Shown here in pieces: positions 7,593 to 23,246 of a DNA stretch of 64,000 nt. The notes under the pieces are model-generated. The model was given only the letters and a program-made list of their open reading frames with translations. It was not told the DNA's origin and made no database searches. Numbering within the stretch: the stretch's first letter is position 1; every line of letters starts with the position of its first letter. This stretch comes from Polyangium sp. y55x31 (GTDB lineage: Bacteria > Myxococcota_A > Polyangia > Polyangiales > Polyangiaceae). The stretch is from positions 234,927-298,926 of the forward strand of contig NZ_JARZHG010000009.1 of NCBI RefSeq assembly GCF_029946505.1, given 5' to 3'. Both the position numbers and the translations under genes were made by a program.

Positions 7593-9737
7593 TCACGCGT
7601 CCGTGAGCGGGATCCCGCAAAGATTCGCGATCAACGAGACGAGCCGCCCGAGGTCCACCGGCTTCGGCACGTGCCGCTGGAACCCCGCGGCGAACGCGCG
7701 CTGGCTGTCCTCGGTGCGCGCATACGCCGTGAGCGCGATGGCCGGGGTTCGCCCGCCATACTCCGGGGGGAGCGTGCGGATGCTGCGGATCAGCGCATAT
7801 CCATCCATCCCCGGCAATCCGATGTCGCTCACGAGCACGTCGGGCCGGGACCGCGAAAGATCGTCGAGGGCCTCGTCGCTCGACGCGGCGAGCGATACGG
7901 TCGCGCCCCTCTCTTCGAGCACGCGCCGCAAAAGCGCGCGCGCGTCCTCCTCGTCGTCCACCACGAGCACCTTGAGCCCCGCCAAACGCACGTGCTGCTC
8001 GTCCGCGACCGCAGTCTCGTCCTCGGACGCGCACATGGCCGGCGTGCTCCGGATGGGCAACTCCACGGTGAACGTCGCGCCTCTGCCGATTCCGTCGCTC
8101 GACGCGGTGATCGTCCCGCCGTGCGCCTGGACCATTTGCTTGACGAGCGCGAGCCCGAGCCCGAGCCCGCCGTGCCGCCGCGCCGTGGACCCGTCCGCCT
8201 GCCGGAAGGCCTCGAAGATGTACGGCATGAACGAGGCATCGATGCCCTGCCCGGTATCCATCACCCGGAGCAGGAGGTTCGAGCCCGAGAGACACGCGCT
8301 GAGCTCGACCAGGCCGTCCTTCGGTGTGAATTTGATGGCATTCGAGAGCAGATTCCAGACGACCTGCTGGAGCCGCTCGGGATCGCCGAGCGTGAAGCCG
8401 AGCGGCCCGAGATCGACCGTGAGCTTCACGCCGCGCGCCTCCGCGACGGGCCGGAGGGATTCGACGGCGGCCTGCGTGACCTCCACGAGGTTCGTCGGCA
8501 CGAGGTCGAGGCGGAACTTGCCGCTCACGATCCGCGAGATGTCGAGCACGTCGTCGATGATGCGCGCCTGCGCCCGCGCATTGCGCTCGATGACCGAGAG
8601 GGCCCGCTCGATCTGCGGCGGCGCCTTCTGCCGCGCGAGGACGGCCCAGCCGAGGATCGCATTGAGCGGTGTACGAAGCTCGTGCGAGACGGTGGCGAGG
8701 AACTGGTCTTTCGCCTGGCTCGCGAGCTCCGCCTCGGCGCGCGCGGCGCGCTCGCGTTCGAGCAGCGCGGCGCGCTCGGCCTCGTGCTCCGCGCGCTGGA
8801 GGTGCCGGGCCACGGCCCACGCCGCGCGCTCGGCCATCGCCGCGAAGAGCCGCTTTTCCGCTTCCGAAAAACCGGTCGCGCGGCTCGATCCGATGAGCGC
8901 GACCCCGACGACCTCCCCGAAATGGAGCAGCGGCACGCCATAAAGCGCGCGCGTGCCCCTCGCCTTCAGGCACGCGCAATCCCCAAAGGCCGCGGTGCCC
9001 TCCATTTCGATCGGCTGCTTGCCCGCGGCGATGGCCCCGCACAGGCCCTCGCCGATCTTCACGGAAAACCCCTCGTCGACCGCGTGAGGGCCCACCACGG
9101 CGCGCACGCGGAGCTCCTCGCCCTCGCGCAGAAGGACCATCGCCGAGTCCGCGGCGTCGGCGGCGCCGAGGAAGATGTCGAGCAGCTCGCGCAGGAGCAC
9201 GCCGAGGTCGTCCGTGTCGAGCGCCGCCGTCGCGATACGCTCGAAGGCGACGAGCCTGCGTACGGCCTCGTCGCGCTCGCGCGTCCGCAATTCGACCTGC
9301 GCTTTGCGGATCTCTTCCCTTTGCTGGAAGAGATCCACGAACGCCTTCACGCGGGCGCGGAGCACCTCGACGTTGAACGGCTTCGTGATGTAATCGGCGG
9401 CTCCGATCGCATATCCGCGCCGCGCGTAGGCCTCGTCGCGATGAATGGCCGTCAAGAACAGGATGGGCACCTCGCGGCCGTGCTCGGTCGCGCGCATGCG
9501 GCGCGCGACCTCGAAGCCGTCCATGCCCGGCATCTGGACGTCGAGCAGCACGACGGCGAACGGCTCGCGACGCACGCATTCGAGCGCCTCGACTCCCGAT
9601 CGCGCCTCCACGAGCCGCGCGCCGAGCGGCTTCAGCACCGCGGAGAGGGCGAGGAGGTTGGCCGGTGTATCGTCGACGAGCAAGACACTCGCCAGCGGCG
9701 TGCGTTGTTCCGCGTTCATGACTTCCTGTGGGGCCAT
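7593..9737 (-). CDS. hybrid sensor histidine kinase/response regulator (REC-GAF-HisKA-HATPase_c-REC)
   Basis: N-terminal receiver (LLVDDTPANL…DVQMPGMDG…TKP), GAF-like region, H-box [12 protein letters not shown]-boxes (DTGQGI, GGLGLGLAL), C-terminal receiver (VLVVDDEEDAR…DIGLPGMDG…PKP). ATG at 9737 lies 5 nt downstream of the upstream gene's stop. A TTG at 9746 and ATG at 9719 are alternatives. Confidence 0.85.
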   Translation of the reverse strand: MAPQEVMNAEQRTPLASVLLVDDTPANLLALSAVLKPLGARLVEARSGVEALECVRREPFAVVLLDVQMPGMDGFEVARRMRATEHGREVPILFLTAIHRDEAYARRGYAIGAADYITKPFNVEVLRARVKAFVDLFQQREEIRKAQVELRTRERDEAVRRLVAFERIATAALDTDDLGVLLRELLDIFLGAADAADSAMVLLREGEELRVRAVVGPHAVDEGFSVKIGEGLCGAIAAGKQPIEMEGTAAFGDCACLKARGTRALYGVPLLHFGEVVGVALIGSSRATGFSEAEKRLFAAMAERAAWAVARHLQRAEHEAERAALLERERAARAEAELASQAKDQFLATVSHELRTPLNAILGWAVLARQKAPPQIERALSVIERNARAQARIIDDVLDISRIVSGKFRLDLVPTNLVEVTQAAVESLRPVAEARGVKLTVDLGPLGFTLGDPERLQQVVWNLLSNAIKFTPKDGLVELSACLSGSNLLLRVMDTGQGIDASFMPYIFEAFRQADGSTARRHGGLGLGLALVKQMVQAHGGTITASSDGIGRGATFTVELPIRSTPAMCASEDETAVADEQHVRLAGLKVLVVDDEEDARALLRRVLEERGATVSLAASSDEALDDLSRSRPDVLVSDIGLPGMDGYALIRSIRTLPPEYGGRTPAIALTAYARTEDSQRAFAAGFQRHVPKPVDLGRLVSLIANLCGIPLTDA

Positions 9738-9742
9738 GCGTC

Positions 9743-15274
<5,532 letters not shown>

Positions 15275-15458
15275 TCCTCGTTCCCCAGGGACGTCCTCGG
15301 TCCGCTGCACGACCACCCCCCGGATGAGCGGTCCTCACCCAGTATAGTCGAGGCCCCTGACTTAGCTTTGTTTGGGACGGCACGCTTGCATCATTCCGCA
15401 TGAGGCCGGCACGTCTCTCCCAAATCGGGAATGCACGGCTCCGCCCGCCTCGAAATCG

Positions 15459-15920
15459 ATGCCGTCGCTCGGTTGCGGGGTGCTCGTGCAGGTGGTACGC
15501 CCGGCGTTTGGAGAGACATTGGGCGAGGAGCGCCGATTACCCGACGAGGTCGCGCGGTTCATCGCCGACCACATCACTTCGGTGGAGCAACTGGAGATCC
15601 TGCTTCTCCTGCGCGGCGCCCCGGACGAAGAGTGGAGCCCCCGCGCGGTTTGCGAAGCGTTGCGCACGAGCGAGCAATCGGTGAGCCGCCGCCTGGCCGA
15701 TCTGGAGGCGAGCGGCCTCCTCTCCTCGCGCCTCGCCTCCAAGCAACGCTTGTACCGGTACGCCCCAGCTTCGCCGTCACTCGATGACGACGTCGCTCGT
15801 TTGTCGTCGGCGTACACGGAGCTCCGTTACAAGGTGCTCGAGAGCATTTTTTCGAACCCGATCTCAAACCTCCAGGTATACGCCGAGGGGTTTCGGTTCA
15901 GAAAGGATCGGGATGGCTGA
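15459..15920 (+). CDS. putative winged-helix transcriptional regulator
   Basis: ATG at 15459 (MPSLGCGV…). wHTH-like segment WSPRAVCEALRTSEQSVSRRLADLEASGLL. Divergent from the poly-HAMP kinase gene. The first 29 codons of ORF 15372..15920 look non-coding. Confidence 0.55.
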   Translation: MPSLGCGVLVQVVRPAFGETLGEERRLPDEVARFIADHITSVEQLEILLLLRGAPDEEWSPRAVCEALRTSEQSVSRRLADLEASGLLSSRLASKQRLYRYAPASPSLDDDVARLSSAYTELRYKVLESIFSNPISNLQVYAEGFRFRKDRDG

Positions 15921-16170
15921 GACCGTTTATTCGCTCTGCCTGCTGACCAGCCTGGTCTGCGCGGCGCTTCTCCTCAAGAATTACCGGCACACGCGCCTGC
16001 GCCTCATCCTGTGGACGGGCCTCTGTTTTTCCGCGATGGCCCTGAACAACCTGCTATTGCTCGTGGACCTCTTGATCGGGCCGCTCGCCGATCTCTCGAT
16101 TCCGCGCGTCACGACCGCGGTCATCGCGGTGGGGCTCCTCCTCTACGGAATGATCACGGAGGTCACGTGA
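15913..16170 (+). CDS. small 3-TM membrane protein (paralog A)
   Basis: ATG at 15913 overlaps the upstream TGA (ATGGCTGA). 85 aa with three hydrophobic helices separated by KNYRHTRLRL and DLLIGPLADLSIPR loops. Confidence 0.55.
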   Translation: MAETVYSLCLLTSLVCAALLLKNYRHTRLRLILWTGLCFSAMALNNLLLLVDLLIGPLADLSIPRVTTAVIAVGLLLYGMITEVT

Positions 16171-16448
16171 TCCAGCTTTTCTCGGGCATCTTCGTGGGAA
16201 TGGCCCTGGCCGTCAGCCTGTTTTTCGTGCGGTTCTGGCGGAAGAGCCGCGAGCGCCTGTTCGCGCTGCTCGCGCTGGTGTTCGGGCTCCTCGCCGTCGA
16301 GCGCAGCGTCCTTGCGTTCGTCCGCGGCGACTACGAGAGCCGGCACTGGATCTTCCTCGTCCGGCTGCTCGCGTTCGCGCTCCTCATCCTGGGCATCGTC
16401 GACAAGAACCGGCGTCAGCCGCACCGGGCCGCCTCGCGCCCGCGATGA
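16167..16448 (+). CDS. small 3-TM membrane protein (paralog B)
   Basis: GTG at 16167 overlaps the upstream TGA (GTGA). Same architecture as paralog A, with a matching basic loop RFWRKSRERL vs KNYRHTRLRL. Alternative ATG at 16200. Confidence 0.5.
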   Translation: MIQLFSGIFVGMALAVSLFFVRFWRKSRERLFALLALVFGLLAVERSVLAFVRGDYESRHWIFLVRLLAFALLILGIVDKNRRQPHRAASRPR

Positions 16449-16449
16449 T

Positions 16450-17181
16450 TCACTTCGTGCAGGAAAAAACCTCGGCGTGGGGGCGGCGGAGGTATTCGGT
16501 CCAGTAATCGGCCCCGAGCGCCGCGATGCCCTCCGACGAGATCTGCGGCGTGTGCCAGACGATGTCGCGGAAGCCGGCCTCGCGCAGGGCGGATTCGTAG
16601 GTGGGGCGTTTCCAGTGATACGCGGTGAGCGTGAACGGGAGCTCCGGCACCAGGCTCTTCACCGTGGAGACGTCGCCGTCTTCGCCGCGCGACACCGCTT
16701 CGAACCCGTATTTCCGATAATACGAGTCGTCCCCGAACGCGATGTCCGGGCTCATGCAGATGGATACGAGGCGGCCGCCCGGCGCGAGCGACGCGTGGAG
16801 GCTCGTGCACATGTCGCGCAAGACCTCCCGCGACGGCGCGTAATGCAGGAGGTAGGTCGCGGCGACGACGTCGAAGGTGCCGAGGCCGCGGGCGCTCTCC
16901 GCGCCGAGCACGTGGTATTCGATGCCGAGCGGCTGCGAAGCTTCGAGGTGGCGCGCATAATCGATCATGCCCTCGGAGTTGTCGATGCCCACGACGCGGG
17001 AAGCGCCGCGCTGCTTGAATCGACGGCTGTAGAGCCCCGTGCCACAGGCGACGTCGAGCACCGAGCGGCCCGTGATGTCGCCGAGCGCCTGGAAAAACGT
17101 GTACTCCTCGTAATACTTCCGGAGCGGAATTTCGGCCGTCATGTTCGTGACCGCCGCGAGCGTGTCGTATTGGCTACCCAT
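16450..17181 (-). CDS. class I SAM-dependent methyltransferase
   Basis: Motif I VLDVACGTGLYS, an acidic post-I residue (GIDNSEGM), and motif II/III-like segments (FDVVAATYLLHY, GGRLV). Confidence 0.85.
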   Translation of the reverse strand: MGSQYDTLAAVTNMTAEIPLRKYYEEYTFFQALGDITGRSVLDVACGTGLYSRRFKQRGASRVVGIDNSEGMIDYARHLEASQPLGIEYHVLGAESARGLGTFDVVAATYLLHYAPSREVLRDMCTSLHASLAPGGRLVSICMSPDIAFGDDSYYRKYGFEAVSRGEDGDVSTVKSLVPELPFTLTAYHWKRPTYESALREAGFRDIVWHTPQISSEGIAALGADYWTEYLRRPHAEVFSCTK

Positions 17182-17195
17182 CTGGTTCCTCCCTT

Positions 17196-18905
17196 TCAGA
17201 GTTCGATCAGCGCCTGCGCCGCGACCAGGGGAATCGACGGCCGCGCGCTCGCCATGCTGGAGAAGCGCACTGCCGCCGGGTGCGGCACCCGCGCGAGCGT
17301 GTCGATCTCGGTCGGACGCACCGATTGATACAGAAGCTCCACCGTCACGCGCCGGATCGCGGCGCCGCCCTCGATCTTGTACGTGACGCGGTCGAAGCCG
17401 GCCTGGAACGTGCCATCACCCGCGATACCCACGGGCCTGATCCAGTCGATCCACGAATCCGCGCTCGACCAGCCCAGGGGCAGGAGGCGATTGTCTTTGA
17501 CAAACCCGACGGAGGCGAGCGGCCTGTGCGTGGGGGCGCCGCTCGCGTCCTTGGCGACGGCCTCGTAGACCTGCACCTCGGATTCCTTGGTGACGACGTC
17601 GCGGTGCGGCAGGACCGAATCCGCTCGATCGAGCCGCGCGCCTGCGCGATCCACGAGCGCGCCCGTCGCGTCGAACGCGCCCGATTCGAAGAGCACCTCG
17701 CCGCCCGCGCCCTCGGCGCGCAAATGAATCCACGCGCGCCGGCTCGGATACCCCGTGGGGAACTTGTGCCCCGCGTGGTTCTCGACCTGCACCTCGACGG
17801 CGAGCGCGCCGCCCTCCATCGACGCCGAGAGAATGCTGACGACCGCTCCCTCGGCGACATGCGCCTCGGCGCGCGTGGCCGATTGTTCGAGCTCCTCGGG
17901 CGCCACGCCCGCGCCCGTCCATTCGGCGTTGTCCGCGAGGATGCGCAGCATGTAGGCATTGCCTCCGCTGAACCGATGCTGGCCGTAGGGCGTGCGCGCG
18001 CCGAGCCCGGCGGGGAACTTGGCAATGGGCGAGGAGATGTCGACCTTCGCCCCGTCCTGCGTGGGCAAATGGCAGGTCGCGCAAGGAACGCCGGCCGCGA
18101 ACGTGGAGTTTTTCCACTCGAGGTAGGGCGCCTGTTCGAGGAAATCACCCACGCGCTGATCGCCCTTCATGATGGGCACGAGCACCGTGTGGCACGTCGC
18201 GCAGACCTCGCTCTTCGTGATGTGCGAGGAGGCGGTGGGCGTGTAATTCACGATGAGCTGCATCGGGTCGACCTTCGGTACGAGGTGCGGGCCATAGATT
18301 TCCCGCTCGTAGCCGATGACGAACCCGCCGCCGAAGCTCGTCGTTTTTCCGAGCCCGTCGTCGGCGATCTGGTGGCAAAGCGTGCAGGTCACGCCGTCGC
18401 GGGCGAGGAGCGCCTCTTTGCCGTCGCCCGCGACGAGGGCGTCGAACGTCAAATGCCCGCCCGCCTGCGCTTGCTCCTCGGACCCGGCCGGCGCATGACA
18501 ACGCGTGCACGTCTCCTCGACGAACGCCTCGCGGCCCGAATGTTCGAGGAGCTCTTCGCCGAAGACCGCGAGATAATAGGGATCACGCGCGGCCAAGGCC
18601 ATCATCGAGCTCCGCCACAGATACACCGGAGAGATGTCGTTTCCGGCGGAATCGTGCATGACGGTCGCCTCCGGGCCGGCGAAGTGGCATTGCCCGCACT
18701 GGCCGCTCGTCGCGAAACGATCGGTGTTCGCGGGGGCTGGAGGCGGGAGCGGATCGAGGGGCGGGGGGAGCACGACCTCGGGCTCAGGCTCGGGCCCGGG
18801 CTCGGTTCCGCTGCCGGGCGGCTTTTCCCCGCAGGAAAACCCGAGGGGCAAAAAGAGGAGCACGATGCCTGCGCACCGCGCGTATCGGGTGTTCGTCGCG
18901 TTCAT
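17196..18905 (-). CDS. multiheme c-type cytochrome (5 × CxxCH), secreted/lipid-anchored
   Basis: ATG at 18905 gives a signal peptide MNATNTRYARCAGIVLLFLPLGFSCG. Haem motifs are CGQCH, CTRCH, CTLCH, CATCH and CATCH. The upstream 97 codons of the long ORF are Arg/Pro-rich junk. Confidence 0.85.
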   Translation of the reverse strand: MNATNTRYARCAGIVLLFLPLGFSCGEKPPGSGTEPGPEPEPEVVLPPPLDPLPPPAPANTDRFATSGQCGQCHFAGPEATVMHDSAGNDISPVYLWRSSMMALAARDPYYLAVFGEELLEHSGREAFVEETCTRCHAPAGSEEQAQAGGHLTFDALVAGDGKEALLARDGVTCTLCHQIADDGLGKTTSFGGGFVIGYEREIYGPHLVPKVDPMQLIVNYTPTASSHITKSEVCATCHTVLVPIMKGDQRVGDFLEQAPYLEWKNSTFAAGVPCATCHLPTQDGAKVDISSPIAKFPAGLGARTPYGQHRFSGGNAYMLRILADNAEWTGAGVAPEELEQSATRAEAHVAEGAVVSILSASMEGGALAVEVQVENHAGHKFPTGYPSRRAWIHLRAEGAGGEVLFESGAFDATGALVDRAGARLDRADSVLPHRDVVTKESEVQVYEAVAKDASGAPTHRPLASVGFVKDNRLLPLGWSSADSWIDWIRPVGIAGDGTFQAGFDRVTYKIEGGAAIRRVTVELLYQSVRPTEIDTLARVPHPAAVRFSSMASARPSIPLVAAQALIEL

Positions 18906-19023
18906 GGCAGATCCCTCCGATCGGTGGGGCCGGACGACATCAAACCAGAGCCCAGCGCGAGAGGCGATGACATTGTGCAGGTGGTCCACGAAGGGCCCGT
19001 GACGAAACGGAACGGAAGGTCGC

Positions 19024-20085
19024 CTAACATTCCGGGATGATGTCCACGCCGCCGAAAAACTCGTCCACGAGGATCTTCCACGCGCGGCCATTCTCCTCGG
19101 GACCACATTTGAACGCTGGTTTGACGGGTTTGTCGCCGCGGAGCACGGCGCGCGTCTCGCGGTAGTACCGGGCGGCGAGGTCGGCGCCGTATTCATTCAC
19201 GGCGTCGCCGTTGTTCGGCTGGAACGCGTAATACGTGCCGCCGCGGACCATCGTGGGCATGGGCGCGTAAGGCGCGAGGCACGAGGGCTTCGTGCTGCAT
19301 TTCTGGAGGATGGCGTCGTGGATCGAGCCGAGCTTCTTGCGCGACCACTGCTCGGGCCCCGAGAGCCGCGCGGCGTCGTTCAAATGGAACATCTCGTGAA
19401 AAAGGGTTTCTCGCACGGCCTCCGCGGAGCCGTGCAGCGAGCCCGAGACGTTGTACCCGATGCTCCAGCCGCTCGCGTAGGCCGAGGGGGTCGTGCGGCC
19501 GACGGAGCGGAAGAACTTCCAGGAAATGGCGCGATGTCGATACTGGACGCCCGCCTTCGCGCGGGCGGCGACGGCATCAAAGAACGCGTCGAAATCGGCG
19601 CTCGCCTCGGCGACCCAGCCGAGGTGTTTTTCGTAGCGGCCGACGGGCAGCTCCGGGACGATACGAATCGAGCCGCGGAAGCCGCCCTCCATCACGTAAG
19701 GCTCCTCGACGCCGACGACGCTGCCGGTCTTCTCGTAGAGCGAGAGCACGGTGGCCCGCGCGGAGGTGTGCCCTTCGTAGCGTTTTCCGAGCAGGCAACG
19801 AATCCGCGCCCGCGAGTCGGCGTCGGTGCAGGCCGCGGCGGCGGACGCCTCGCCCGGGAAAAGCAGGGTCGCGGCTTCGTCTGCCGAAATGGCCGGGGGC
19901 GCGGGAACGCTGGCCGGGGCAGGCGCGGGAGCAGAAGCGGAGGCGGTGGCGGTGGCGGGAGCAGCGGCGGATGCAGGCGCGGCCGCGGAGGCGGATGCAG
20001 GCGCCTGCTCCGATGGCACAGCGGGCGTCCCGCAAGCCGCGGCGAACAGCGGCGCGAAGAAACCGAGTTTGGCAAAGCGTATCAT
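19024..20085 (-). CDS. lipoprotein with HExxH zinc-metalloprotease motif
   Basis: Lipobox LFAAACG, an Ala/Pro-rich linker, and the HEMFH motif in TLFHEMFHLND. Confidence 0.7.
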   Translation of the reverse strand: MIRFAKLGFFAPLFAAACGTPAVPSEQAPASASAAAPASAAAPATATASASAPAPAPASVPAPPAISADEAATLLFPGEASAAAACTDADSRARIRCLLGKRYEGHTSARATVLSLYEKTGSVVGVEEPYVMEGGFRGSIRIVPELPVGRYEKHLGWVAEASADFDAFFDAVAARAKAGVQYRHRAISWKFFRSVGRTTPSAYASGWSIGYNVSGSLHGSAEAVRETLFHEMFHLNDAARLSGPEQWSRKKLGSIHDAILQKCSTKPSCLAPYAPMPTMVRGGTYYAFQPNNGDAVNEYGADLAARYYRETRAVLRGDKPVKPAFKCGPEENGRAWKILVDEFFGGVDIIPEC

Positions 20086-20222
20086 TGTCTCATCCGCCGG
20101 AGTCCAGGGGCCCGAGGTGCAGTCGGATTCCTGCCAACAGCATACTGCGAGTCCTGGCTCCTGGACAGGCGTGGTAAGATGTGGGCCGGCGTCCGGGCCC
20201 CGGGCGCCGATCGGAGGACTTC

Positions 20223-21428
20223 ATGCTTCGTTTTGGCTTGATTCGCGCGGGTGGGATGGTGGTGGCCGCCGCAGCGCTCGCGCTCGCGGCGTGTGGTGGA
20301 ACGGTCGAGGGAGGCGGAACCGGCGGCACCGGCGGCTCCGGCGCGCAAGGCGGCAACGGCGGTAACGGCGGGACGGGCGGCGTCGGCGGCATCGGGACGG
20401 GCGGGTCCGGCGGCGTCGCCGGGTCGGGCGGCATCGGCGGAGGCGAGGGCGGCACCGGCGGCGTGGGCGGCGGCGGGCAAGGCGGCACCGGCGGCGCCGG
20501 CGGGAGCTTGCCCGATTGCGCGGACGGCCCGGAGGTGGTGTTCGCCATGGATCGTATACTGATCGGCGATACGAATCCGGACGGGACGTCGAACCCCGTC
20601 CAGGGCTGGAAGCAATACGGAAGGAACATCGACGGGCTCGTGTCCACGAAGGAGTCGACAGGCCTCTGCAAGCCCGTGGGAGGCGCATCGCCGGCCGCGG
20701 TGTATCCCGACGGGTTCAATGGCATCGACAATTCGTTCGGGAGGAACGTGCTGCCCATTTTCCTCGGGCTCACCTCGGACTTGAGCGTGCAGACGAACGA
20801 GGCCATCGCGACCGGCGAGTTCACGTACCTGCTCTCGTTATCGAACGTCGGTCAGGATGCATGCGCGACGTCGAGCAAGCTCTTCCTCGGCGGGAACCTC
20901 GGCCAGCAACCGGCCTTCGACGGGAGCGACGTCTGGCCGATCGACGCGTCGTCGCTCACGGACCCGGCCGATCCGACGTCGGCGGTCTGCTCGTTCTCGT
21001 CCACGTCCATCGTGCAAGGCGCGGTCGACACGATTTCACCGAGCCAGTTCGCGCTGCGGTTCAAGTTCTCGAATTTCGACCTGATGCTGCCCATTCACCT
21101 GGCTCGCCTCTCGATGCAGCTCGACGCGGATCAGCAGGGCGCCACGGGTGGTCAGATCTCGGGCGTCATCTACACCCAGGATCTCATCGACGAGGTGACG
21201 AAGCTGGCCGCCCAGTTCGACGAATCGTTCTGCGACCCGAACAGCCCGACGCTGCAGAGCATCCTGCAGCAGTTCCGCCAGGCCTCGGACATCATGAGCG
21301 ACGGGACGCAGGATCCGACGAAGCAATGCGACGCGATTTCGATCGGCATCGGGTTCAGGATGAAAACGGCGCAGCTCGGGTCCGTGGTGCCCGCCGCGCC
21401 GCCGCCGCCGGATCCGTGCTTGCCGTGA
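20223..21428 (+). CDS. lipoprotein, Gly-rich linker, unknown function
   Basis: ATG at 20223 (MLRFGLIRAGGMVVAAAALALAACGG lipobox). GGxGG-rich linker of about 80 aa, then a diverse 290-aa domain. Confidence 0.65.
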   Translation: MLRFGLIRAGGMVVAAAALALAACGGTVEGGGTGGTGGSGAQGGNGGNGGTGGVGGIGTGGSGGVAGSGGIGGGEGGTGGVGGGGQGGTGGAGGSLPDCADGPEVVFAMDRILIGDTNPDGTSNPVQGWKQYGRNIDGLVSTKESTGLCKPVGGASPAAVYPDGFNGIDNSFGRNVLPIFLGLTSDLSVQTNEAIATGEFTYLLSLSNVGQDACATSSKLFLGGNLGQQPAFDGSDVWPIDASSLTDPADPTSAVCSFSSTSIVQGAVDTISPSQFALRFKFSNFDLMLPIHLARLSMQLDADQQGATGGQISGVIYTQDLIDEVTKLAAQFDESFCDPNSPTLQSILQQFRQASDIMSDGTQDPTKQCDAISIGIGFRMKTAQLGSVVPAAPPPPDPCLP

Positions 21429-21563
21429 CGTAGAAAGCGACGATTGCAGGGGGGCCGGGTCCTCGGCGGCCCCCCCCGCTGCCCCATCCGTTTCCCCGCC
21501 GCGCACGCCCGCACGCACATCGGGCTCGCGCCGGGCCACGAAATTTTCTAAACAAGATCCGCC

Positions 21564-23246
21564 ATGCAGGACGACGCCCCCATCTTCGGGTTCAACGCGG
21601 CGCGGGAGGACATCGTGCGGACCGTGGTCTCGCGCGTCGTGCTCTCCACGAAAGATCCCCTGCTCGCGCTGAACGACGCGGCCTACCACGAGACCAAGCG
21701 CCTCGAGACCAGCAAGCGCGGGCCCGAGGAGCAGAAGGAGCTCGGCGAGTGGCAAAAGCTCGCGCGCACGCTGAGCCGCATGGACGACGGCGAGCGGCGC
21801 CAGAAGCTCGTGGAGCTCGTCGAGCACATGGGCTGGGACGTGGCCGGGAACTTCGATCCCCGCGTGTTCAAGGTGTCGTCGAAGCTCCTGCCGCCGATCG
21901 TGACGTACCTGCTCGCGCCGCGGACGCTCGTTCGCCTGGCCCGCGATCCGAGGCACCTCGTGAGCCTGTCGGCGCTCGACGACAAGGTGCGCGTGGAGGG
22001 GCCGGTCGAGGAGCTGCGCGAGCTTTCGCGGCACGGGACGGCGGTGTACGTCCCGACGCACCTCTCGAACATGGATTCGATCGTGTTCGGCTACGCGCTC
22101 GAGCGCGCCGGGCTGCCGCCCGCGACCTACGGCGCCGGCAAGAACCTGTTCACGAACCCCGTGCTCTCGTTCTTCATGCACAACCTCGGCGCCTACCGCG
22201 TCGACCGGAGGATCCGCCACAACCTCTACAAGGACGTGCTGAAGACGTACTCGTGCGTGCTGCTCGAGCGCGGCTACCACTCGCTGTTTTTCCCCGGCGG
22301 GACACGCTCGCGCTCGGGCGGCGTGGAGCGGCGGCTGAAGCTCGGGCTCATGGGCACGGCGATCGAGGCGTACGCGCGGACGTTGCTCGCGAACCGCGAG
22401 CGGCGCGTGTACTTCGTGCCGGCCACGATCAACTACCTGATCACGCTGGAGGCCGAGACGCTCATCGCGGACTTCCTCGCCGAGGCCGGCAAGGGGCGCT
22501 TCATCATCGAGGACGACGAGTCGTCGCGCCTCGGCCGCGTGACGGCCTTCATGCGCAAGATGTTCGACATGCAAGGCGCCGTGGTGATCCGCTTCGGCAA
22601 ACCCATCGATCCCTTCGGCAACGTGGTCGACGAGCGCTGCCGATCGTTCGATCGGCGCGGGCGCGAGGTCGATCCCGCGAGCTACGTGAAGGACCTCGAC
22701 GGGCGCGTGACGCTCGATCCGGTGCGCGACGCGCAGTACACGCGCGAGCTCGGCGACGAGATCTGCAAGGCGTACCTGCGCGACACGGTGGTGCTCGAGA
22801 CGCACGTGGTCGCCGCCGCGAGCTTCGAGCGGCTCCGGCGCGCCTCACCCGCCGGGGATCTCTTCACGGTGCTAAGGCAGCGCGACGTGGTCGTGGTGCC
22901 GCGCGACGATCTCGCGAAGGACGTGGTGAAGCTGCGCGATCGGCTGGTCGAGCTCGCGGATCGCGGGGAGATCGCGGTGGGCGGGTTTCTGCGGACCGCG
23001 TCGGGCGGCGACATCGTGGAGCGGGCGCTCCGGGCCTTCGCCGGCTACCACGCCTCGCCCGTGCTCGCGTCGCGGCCGGACGGGATCGCGATCGTGGACA
23101 CGAATCTATTGTTTTATTACCAGAACCGGCTCGCGGCCCACGGGATGGCCTGGGACGTCATCGCGCCCCCGGGCATGCCGCCCGCGCGGCCGCCCGTCTT
23201 CGGCAAAACCGGGGCGCAGGAGGCGGCGCAGGGAGGTTTGTCGTGA
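21564..23246 (+). CDS. glycerol-3-phosphate acyltransferase-like protein (PlsB/GPAT family, HX4D motif)
   Basis: HX4D acyltransferase motif PTHLSNMDS plus downstream FPGGTRSRSG block. Located immediately upstream of gpsA and overlapping it. Confidence 0.8.
   Translation: MQDDAPIFGFNAAREDIVRTVVSRVVLSTKDPLLALNDAAYHETKRLETSKRGPEEQKELGEWQKLARTLSRMDDGERRQKLVELVEHMGWDVAGNFDPRVFKVSSKLLPPIVTYLLAPRTLVRLARDPRHLVSLSALDDKVRVEGPVEELRELSRHGTAVYVPTHLSNMDSIVFGYALERAGLPPATYGAGKNLFTNPVLSFFMHNLGAYRVDRRIRHNLYKDVLKTYSCVLLERGYHSLFFPGGTRSRSGGVERRLKLGLMGTAIEAYARTLLANRERRVYFVPATINYLITLEAETLIADFLAEAGKGRFIIEDDESSRLGRVTAFMRKMFDMQGAVVIRFGKPIDPFGNVVDERCRSFDRRGREVDPASYVKDLDGRVTLDPVRDAQYTRELGDEICKAYLRDTVVLETHVVAAASFERLRRASPAGDLFTVLRQRDVVVVPRDDLAKDVVKLRDRLVELADRGEIAVGGFLRTASGGDIVERALRAFAGYHASPVLASRPDGIAIVDTNLLFYYQNRLAAHGMAWDVIAPPGMPPARPPVFGKTGAQEAAQGGLS

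Noticed and set aside
6403-8943. 846-aa + strand ORF
   Set aside because: Arg/Ser/Pro-rich translation that is antisense to the hybrid kinase (7593-9737) and out of frame with the cytochrome-NnrU gene. Typical high-GC shadow ORF.
20090-20824. 244-aa minus-strand ORF (poly-Pro: PPVPPSPPPMPPDP…)
   Set aside because: It is antisense to the Gly-rich linker of the lipoprotein gene at 20223-21428, and the Pro run is the complement of the GGN codons.
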